From the human T2T-CHM13v2.0 reference genome, Homo sapiens: a stretch of DNA of 64,000 bases. Of the stretch, positions 54,610-64,000 are shown in pieces. Numbering within the stretch: the first letter of the stretch is position 1; each line of letters starts with the position of its first letter. The DNA lies in the NCBI RefSeq assembly GCF_009914755.1, contig NC_060938.1. The stretch is one strand, 5' to 3'. Both the position numbers and the translations under genes were made by a program. Below the pieces are notes generated by a model. It saw only the letters and a program-made list of their open reading frames with translations, searched no databases and was not told the origin of the DNA.

Positions 54610-55200
54610 GATTTTGTATTGGGTTATGTGTAAAACATATTCTTACAGTGGATCATGGTAGAAAACATTGAAAAAACACACCGATGCACAATGCCATGTA
54701 TATTCTTTCATTACTAAGTTTAAAAAATCCTCAAGTCTGAAATGTAGGAATTCACTAAGGGTGCTGTTAAGTTTTTGAAAGATTTTTGTTTTAATTTGGA
54801 CCTTTTCTCAGAATAAAGTTAAAATGCATAAAATGCAATTAAATCAAAATAAGTTTTACTGAAGTACAATTAAGAAAATATTATGTCATGATATATCATG
54901 ATATACATGCATCATTATTAATGGATAAAGTAACTAGATCTAGCAGCAAGTCCATTAACAACTTTAGTTTCAAGCCAGTGATGACTGTAAGTGGTATTTT
55001 TGGATAACTGCAAATGCTGAAATGTGACATGAAAATACCAGTGATTTCTATGGGTGCAAACTCTCAAGAACCACTGATATTACTACTGCAATTTGTTGCT
55101 CATGTTCATAATTGTAGGAAATACTGTAGTTCCATAAGAGTTGGTGAAAATAAAGATATAATTCTTTCCCATCCCCAAGTTAAGCACTCCTGCTTTGGAG
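54610..55200. mobile_element. Probable hAT-Charlie non-autonomous element fragment
   Basis: tagatctagcagc...gtgatttctatggg...ggtgaaaataaagat resembles recalled Charlie-type sequence; diverged, subfamily uncertain. Confidence 0.45.
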
Positions 55201-55232
55201 CAATATTACTAACATCTGCAGTAGTTGGCTAT

Positions 55233-55695
55233 TGTTACAGGTTGAATTATGCCACCCAAAAAGGTTATACTGATGTCCTAACCCCTGCTATCTGAGAATG
55301 TGATTTTATTTTGAAATAGGGTTTGTACAGAGGTAATCAAATTAAAATCAAGTCAGTAGGGTGGGCTCTAATCCACTACTAGTGGTGTCCCCATAAAAAG
55401 GGGAAATTATGGACACAGAGACAGACATGCACAGAGGGAAGACAATCTGAAGACACACAGGGAGAAGACTGCCATGTATCTACAAGCCAAGGAGTGCCAA
55501 CAATTGCTGGTAAACACCAAACACTAGAAGAGGCAAGGAAGGACTCTCCTTTACAGTTGTCAGAAAGAACATAGCCCAGCCGACACCTGATTCCAGACTT
55601 CTATAGTTTCCAGAACTATGTGATATTAAATATCTGTTGTTTTAAGCCACACAGTTTGTGGTACTTTGTTATGGCTGTCCTTGGAAACTAATGCA
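55233..55695 (+). mobile_element. MaLR solo LTR (MLT1B/C-like)
   Basis: TG...CA ends, caagccaagga, tgttgttttaagccac, ggaaactaatgca; near-TSD gctat/gttat. Confidence 0.88.
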
Positions 55696-57392
55696 GTTAT
55701 CAAACGTCAAGTATGTTTGGTTGGTCACTGACTGTTGGGAATCATTTGCTTTTGCAATTAGAATTAGTGTCTATAAGTGGGCATACAGGTATCGAAAACC
55801 CTGATGGTGAATGAATACATCCTACCAACCTACTTTATTTTGGACTATAAAATGAATATTACACTCTTTCCTCTGTCTTTTACACCAATGACTCTCAACT
55901 GTAGCTGCCATTAGAATAACCTGATGGCCTCTAAAAATTCTGACACTTAGCCCACCCCATGCTGATTACATCAGTGTGTTTTTAAAGCTCTCTAGAAAAT
56001 TCCTTTATGCAGCCAAGTTTGAGAGCTGATGTTCTACATGCATATTTCAGTTAGCTGCATTAAATTAGGATCTCTTCTTGGTAAAGTAATAAAGAGGCAG
56101 ATATTAAACCAATTATGAACACATGAATGCCATGTGGTTTGTGCCCTGACCATGGACATTGCAATGTGGTAATTAGTAGATTCACCTTATTGATGGGGAA
56201 GGTTTTTATGGAACATTCTCCAGTAACATTTATGGGACAAGACAGTAGGTGCTCTGCTGATGAAGTGACAGTGTCAGAGAATTCCAAGAGGTATATGATG
56301 ATGTTGCATGAACTGACATTACTTCCTAACAAGCAAACCTTGATGCCAGTTCCTGAAGCTCCTTCTCTGCTGAATTGTGGAAGATGATTAAATCATTTTT
56401 GAAAATCATAAAGCTAAAATTCTTGTTTTTCAAATACTCTTTAAAATCTACATGAGTCTAGTAGGATTATATGATCTCTTCTAAATAGAGATTAGTAATT
56501 ATTGGTTGAAAGATATGCTTCACAACTACTTTTCTCACTGCTACTTAAAAAAAATTTATGGTGATGTAATAAAGCCACTGGGATTTGCAATTAGACAGCC
56601 ATGACATGTGTGGTCGTGTATAAATGAACCTCACCAAGCTCCTTTCCTTTCTTTAAAATGAGAGTAATAGTACCTACTTATAGGGTTGTTTTAGGTATAT
56701 TCAGTTCTTAGCACAGTGTTTGGTTTATTGTTATTGATCAACCAATGTTAAGATATATTTCTTTTTAAAACAAAAGATCATTGAGGTAGGAGCAGAACCA
56801 AAAAATATATCACTGAAACCAAAGAAGATTTCCCATAGGAAAAAAGAGTCAAATGTTACTAAGTGGTTAACTATGATAAGGACCAAAGGTATCCTTTACA
56901 TTGGAAATTCGGTGGCCATTAGTGACTTCCACAGAGTAGTTTAGTCAACAGAGTATTAGATATAGACATCAGTTTTCTGTGAATTGAAGAGTAATTAGGA
57001 GGTAAAGAAGCATAGCAATTTGGACAATAGAGCAGTCCTTGAAGAAACTTGAGTAAGAAAGGTGGTAATGATAATTGAGAAGAGAGGAAACGTAGGTTAA
57101 GGATTTTTGTTTTTGAAAAATAGCAAATACTTGAGTATATTTATGGCTAATTTGAGGAAGCCACAATAAAGAATTCTTATAGAGCAAGATTCCAGAGGAG
57201 GTAGGAAGGGATGGAATTTAGAGTATCTGCAGAAAAGTTCACCTTGAACAAAAAGCTGGCCAAATTGTGATCAGAGACAGGAGTAAAGGAATTAAGAATA
57301 GCTATATTTGTAAATTTGAGGCCACAATTAGTATTAACCACACCTCCAACCCCCTACATAAAGTAGGGGTCAGTGTTGGCTTCTGAACATGA

Positions 57393-57624
57393 GAGGGTGG
57401 GCAGATCACCTGAGGTCAGGAGTTCAAGACCACCCTGGCCAACATGATGAAACCCTGTCTCTACTAAAAATACAAAAAATTAGCCAGGTGTAGTGGCGGA
57501 CACCTGTAATCCCAGCTACTCAGGAGGCTGAGGCAGGAGAATCACTTGAGGTGGAGGTTGCAGTGAGCCAAGATTGCACCATTGCACTCCAGCCTGGGCA
57601 ACAAGAGTGAAACTCTGTCTCAAA

Positions 57625-57625
<1 letters not shown>
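57393..57625 (+). mobile_element. 5'-truncated AluS with a small internal deletion
   Basis: gggtgggcagatcacctgaggtcaggagttc...; cacttga|ggtggagg lacks the acccggga segment. Confidence 0.9.
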
Positions 57626-57675
<50 letters not shown>

Positions 57676-57738
57676 TACATATATAATATGTATATATGTA
57701 TATATATATATTATATATGTGTATATATATATACACAC
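57625..57738 (+). repeat. (TA)n/(CA)n compound microsatellite derived from the Alu tail
   Basis: Read directly from the sequence. Confidence 0.95.
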
Positions 57739-58021
57739 AAGTATGTATAATTCAAGAGCTGAAGAGACAGGAGATTGAAGTCGGAAAGTGGAATGTTACT
57801 ATTTAAGTGAAATGCTTAAATGAAGTGAAGCACTCAGTTCTGAGCATGACCCAAAAACAGATAAATCGTACATATTGAATGAAGATATATCATAAGAAGA
57901 GACCTGCACAATGTGTGATGCATGGAAGAATGTTTGGTATCCACTCAAAAATTTAAGGGAAGTTGCATCTTCCAGGGAGATTCCATGTTTCTCCTAAAAC
58001 AAAAAGATACAGAGAACTTTC

Positions 58022-58660
58022 CTGCATCGCTGATGGGAATGTAAATTGATGCAGTCACTGTGGCAGACAATTTGGTGGTTCCTCAAAGGTCAAACACAGA
58101 ATTACCATATGATCTAGCAAGCCCACTCCTAGGTATATACCCAAAAGAATTGAAAGTAAGGACAAGCAGTTACTGTACACCGATGTTTATGAAAGCATTG
58201 TTCATATTAACCAAAAGGTGGAAACCACCCAAGTGTCCCTCAGCAGATGAATAAACAAAATGTGGTATATACAGAGAATGGAACATTATCCAGCTATTCA
58301 TTATTCAAAAACAAATGAAATTCTAATACATGCTGCAACATGGACAAACCTAAAGACATTATGCTAAGCGAAATAAACCAGATAAGAAAGAAAGATTGTA
58401 TGATTCCACTTATATGAGGTACTTAAAATAGCCAAGTTCATAGAGACAGAAAATAAAATAGAGGTTACCCGGAGTTGGAGAAGGGGAATACGGAGTTATA
58501 AGAGTGGGGAATTATATGATTTACATAGAGTGGGATGATGAAAAGTTGTGGAAATGAATAATGGTGACAATTGTACAATATTGTCAGTATACTTACTGCC
58601 AGTAAGTTGTGCAGTTAAAATGATTAAAATAGTAAATTTTATGTTGTCATTTTACCACAC
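58022..58660 (+). mobile_element. L1MB/MA-type 3' end
   Basis: ORF 58060-58254 ELPYDLASPLLGIYPKELK matches the L1 ORF2 C-terminus; 3' UTR motifs follow. Confidence 0.85.
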
Positions 58661-59353
58661 ATTTTTTTAAAGGTACAGAGAACACTCTGTGAGGATATAC
58701 AGAAATTTATTTTAAATGGGATTAGTTTAAGATTCCTGGGATGTACAACTCTAGGACGGGGGAGGAAATTATGAAAAAAACCAAGCTTAAGTTTCCTGCA
58801 AGCTCAAAGTCTACTTTAATTTGATTTAAATGAAAGTAAACAGTATTTCTTACACACCTGGTAAATGGTGCTTACAAATCTGTATGTGAAACACAACTAA
58901 TTCATAGAAATATTAGTTTTTTCTACTAATTTTCCTATGTTATAGAGGAAATGAAAAGGTTCCATTTTATGTGAAGGAACCTAAAACTAACTGTAATTTT
59001 CAGATAGATTAAATGGATAGATAGAACTCATAGATAATGGATTATGTCTGGCAAGCAATACTTACAGCTATCCAAATCAGTTTACATTTACATATACATT
59101 TATACATGTATATTGTCATATTAGAGAAAGTTATTTACCAATATTTAAGAAAAAAATAAGGCTGGGAAAATATAGGATTAGGACAGGTAGCTAGAGCCTG
59201 GAGTGAGTCAGAATACAGCCGGCATGTATACTGTGAAGCAGCAAAAGAGAAAACTTCAAGTCTGACTCTCAACTCTCCAACAGCCAAAACAATGGAGGAT
59301 GTATGATCAGCTCTTCGTTTTAGGGGCAGATTAAAATATGATGATGGCTTTCA

Positions 59354-59674
<321 letters not shown>

Positions 59675-62551
59675 TTACTAATTAGTGATACTGGCCTTTT
59701 TTTTAAAAAAGTGGGTTTTTTTCCAAAAATCTTTTTTTTTTTTTTTTTCTGGTTTAGTGTAAGAGCTACTGCTGGAAAAACATTCCATTCCCTTGTATGG
59801 AAATAAGGAAACTGGAAATATGGAAATACAGGTTTATGAGTTTCTTTATTCTGTTTGTTTCCTTTGAGTTTTAGAATATTTTGAGTGCTAAGAAAATGAA
59901 GTGTTGGTCTTTTGTTTCTTTTGGCAGTTAGGAGTAGTGGCCAGTGAGATGGGAGGATAGAGATATTAAACTTACCACTGTAGCTGATAGCTCTTATGCA
60001 TTAAAACAGAAAAGATAGCAGGAGAGGACTAACAATACAAAGATTTAAAATAAATTCCACATATTATAAAAGTGCTATTAGTAAATATTAGTACCTCCTG
60101 ATTGCTATAGCAAATGCTAAATCCATTTGCAACACTTTCATTAATCTAAATCTAGACAGTTTCATCAAGAAAGAATCTTAAACTTGTAGGGATTAGATTT
60201 GTATTTAGTAATGATTTTTTTCCTGTTGTTATAAACCTGTAGTGCTGCATTCCTAAGTTCAGGAGGCATAATAATAACAAACTCTTTTCTAATTGAGGGA
60301 ATGCCTGTTTCGATGTTTGCTGATTTTATAGTGCTTCCTTATATTTTCTTTCACTTAAAGAAAGTGTAAATTAAAGTGTTTAGACAAGAATTAGACCTTG
60401 TTGTTTGGAGCCAGTAGTATAGGATTTATTATACATATTATAATTAACAAGTCAGTGTGTTTTAAATTTTTATTATATTTTGTGTGATTCCATGTGTGAA
60501 TTTGTAATGCCATTCAGAATATGGTAAAGTTGACATTTTAGAACAAAAATGTTGAAGAGAATTCTTCACTTTTTAAGGTAATTTGTTTCCTGTGATTGAA
60601 CTAGTATTTTTTGATAATAATTATATGAAATACTTACGTGTTTAACATAGTGAAAAGTGGAATAAACATTAACCCTACTTACTGGGTTTGTAGTATACAT
60701 TTAAAAGTCATAGAAACCATAAAGATAGAGGCCAGATGAAATATACACAAAAAGAAAGTAAAATTCTTTATTTTTTTCTATATTACTTTAGTAAATTTTA
60801 TTCAGTATAGGTCCTTTTCTCTTTGTGTACTTTTTTTGGTCTGTGTATATACTGTCCTTAACAGTCAGAAATACTGCTGACTGTCACTAGAATCCATGGG
60901 GTTTTTTTGTTTTGTTTTAATGGTAGTGATAGTTTTTTATTGGACCATATGCTTTCTTGGTCAGAACTACGAGTTGATAAGAAAAGTCACTGGTGATTAT
61001 AGCATGCAAACTATAGCCATGAAGCAATATTTTTCTCAATGCAAATCCCTCACCAAGAGTGGGGTTGAACACTCAATCCTGACCTCGTTAGTTGTATATT
61101 CTAATCAGTAGTGTCAGTTGGCCTACCCGGTGACATAAATTTTTTGTCACACCTCTGTTTTCTCTAATAATTAACTATCTATGGAGCTACATTATGGTAC
61201 CATACTGCAACAGCTGTGATTAAAAAGAACACAAGAAGACTTGAATTACACTTCCATCTTTGGCATTAATCAGATTTTTTTTTGATTACCGTAGACAAGT
61301 TTCAACTTTGCTTGATTTCAGCTTCTTTAATTTTGACGTGAAAAGCTTTTTCTACTTCTCACATTTTATGAAATTTGTTACCCCTTTATATGGTAGATTA
61401 AATTTTTATTTAGTAACATTTAAAGTCAAACAGTCTTTTTATGCCATTAAGTTGTGTCTATTTTCAGGGCCTTTAAATTTAAAAATTTACAGCTGGCTTC
61501 ACTGTTCAAGTCACTATATATATATTTATTGGTGACTCTGGAATGTAAAACAAAAAGAAAATTAAAATAGTTTTTTTTTTTAAAAAAAGTATACATTTTC
61601 TGTATGTCCAGTGATTTGGACTATATTTATTAAGCATTTGTCTCTTCTTCCTCTCAACTTATAGAATGTGGCATTTACTAAGCTACTTCTGAATGTCGAT
61701 TGCCTCACCTGTAAACAGCAATAGTATCTAACCTGCTTAATATGAAAATCCGTGAGATGATACATCTGAATGTTTTTGAAAACTGTGAAGCACTGTGCAA
61801 AGGAGATATATTAATAAATGTAATTTATAAAATCACTTACAAATGTTTGCTGTCTTGAGACATAAGACAATTAAATTAGTAAAGAGGCTATTGCTACTGA
61901 AGTAAATTTGTATCTTCTATAGCTTTCTATCCAGAAGGACGTTTTTTGGCATTATCAGTTTTCACAATTTTCTGCGCCTTATTCAACACAGTAAGCTATA
62001 AGAATAAAACTAAATTTCAACATGTATAGCTCTCAACTGCTAATTGTTATTCTACAAAGTGACTCAACCTCCTTTTAAGAGCATTTAACAAAATATTTTG
62101 TCACTTAATGGTTGTGCCTAGCAAAGGACCCAGAGTTTGTATTAGAATGGGCTTGCTAATTATAGGTCCTGGAATTTGATGTTTCTAAACGTTGTTTCTA
62201 TTAGCTTGAGAAAAATACAGTTTTATATTTTGTTAGATTAAAAAAGTGCAGTGTTTCCCTTGGTCTTGGCACTCAGAATCACTATTATTATAGGTCCACA
62301 GGTGGCAATTGCCTCCTACATAGGTAATCTTTGATTCATCGCTTTCTTAAATTTAATTTATAACGAGCTTTTGCTAGATTTTTCCTTGCAATCATTGTCA
62401 CTTTTGCCTTTGCCTACTTAGACTACACCTGAATAATTTCATGCCCAAGCTTTTTTTGCTACTTTGTTTACTTGTCTTCTCCATCCTTACTTCTCTTAAG
62501 ATTCCTGAAACTTTATTTTCACCCTCTGATTCAGCCATCAATAGTATTTAA

Positions 62552-62955
<404 letters not shown>

Positions 62956-63959
62956 CTGTTTCTAGTTTAGTATTTCACCAATCATCTTTTTGCTTCCCAG
63001 TTTCATTCATATTTGTGTCACTGGTATACTGCTTCACACATAGTAAGCGCTCAACAAATATTTGTTACACTGAATTGACTATTTTGTGCACTCCCAAAAT
63101 AGATTGTTCAATATTCCATGGACACACCCAACAATTTCCCACTTCAGTGCTTTCTCATGTCGTCATTTCCTCCTGGACTACTCCATCTCTGCCTATCCCA
63201 TTTTTATTGAGGCTTCACATCATAATTTAAGTAACAGCTATTCTATTAATCCTTTTCTAATCTTGTCCGTTAGAAGTGATCTCACTATGTAAAATTCCTA
63301 CCATAGTTATTCACAGTGGCTCTCTTGCAATACATACCTCATGCCTTCTAGTCCAATAGTTCTATGAATATGTGTCTTAACTCCCCTACTAGTGCTTCTG
63401 TTCTTTATGTATAGCAAGACTTTAGTAAATATATGTCCACAAATGAATAAACAAAGTTAACACTAGATTGAAAGTTTATTCAGATGTACAGTGTCTCCTG
63501 CACAATGTTTTTTTGTGTGCATTGCATATAATAAGAACTCATTGATAAATGTGTAAATGAATGAATGATTTTAGATGACATGAACCTAGTCCAGCATGTA
63601 GGTTAGTTATTTACACGGATGTGGGTCAAAATGGTGTCTCCATATAATAAAGCAAATATATCACCTACCAAAAAAATTTCTTTTTTTTTTAGACCTACAG
63701 TGTTCATATTTGAAAACTATCATTGGAAACATTTGTTTGGATTTTACCTTTCTTAAAATTTAGAATTAAAAAAAAAACTTAGGAAATAGTATCATTATCC
63801 ACTGTTCATTGCAGCATTATTCTTAGAATGAAAAAATAAAATATTTTCCGTGGTTGCTTTGTTTGGTCTGCATATCATTGGAAAAAATATATTAAATTCA
63901 TTGCCAAAATGAGATCTAGGAGATCTGGCAATGTGGGACGCTTAGGATTATAGTATGAC

Positions 63960-64000
63960 ATGTTTATTATTCAGGGTTCTTCAGAGAAAGAGAACCAATA
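63960..64000. mobile_element. Probable edge of an MLT2-type LTR, cut by the window end
   Basis: tattattcagggttcttcagagaaagagaaccaata resembles the MLT2 terminus; only 40 bp visible. Confidence 0.5.

Overview
AT-rich, Alu/L1-containing primate (almost certainly human) genomic DNA. It is mostly intron sequence of MIPOL1 (mirror-image polydactyly 1, a coiled-coil protein gene in the PAX9/NKX2-1/FOXA1 region of chr14), on the + strand. Two coding exons are visible: 566-673 (CKRLEQELHHVKEQNQTSANNMRHLTAENNQERALK) and 53915-54009 (AKLLSMQQARETAVQQYKKLEEEIQTLRVYY-S). They are joined in frame across a 53,241-bp GT-AG intron. The rest is intronic and holds about 17 Alu/FLAM copies, several L1s of different ages, MLT1 LTRs, Tigger3a, MER58, MIRs and microsatellites. 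Most entries in the ORF track are spurious or repeat-derived. The most notable hidden structure is a decayed hAT-superfamily (Blackjack-like) DNA transposase gene on the - strand (~23830-30940). Its zinc finger, first catalytic Asp, CxxH and RW-like motifs can be read across frameshifts, and it continues across two later nested insertions: an MLT1 LTR and an internally deleted L1PB with intact ends. Other points of interest are a dense FOX/E-box/GATA/homeobox motif cluster with nested inverted repeats (~35.6-36.4 kb, candidate enhancer), an ~82-bp dispersed duplication, template-switch palindromes, a tailless Alu with an intact TSD, and candidate cryptic/recursive splice sites. I see no evidence of a new protein-coding system. 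Repeat family names come from memory of consensus sequences, not from a database search.
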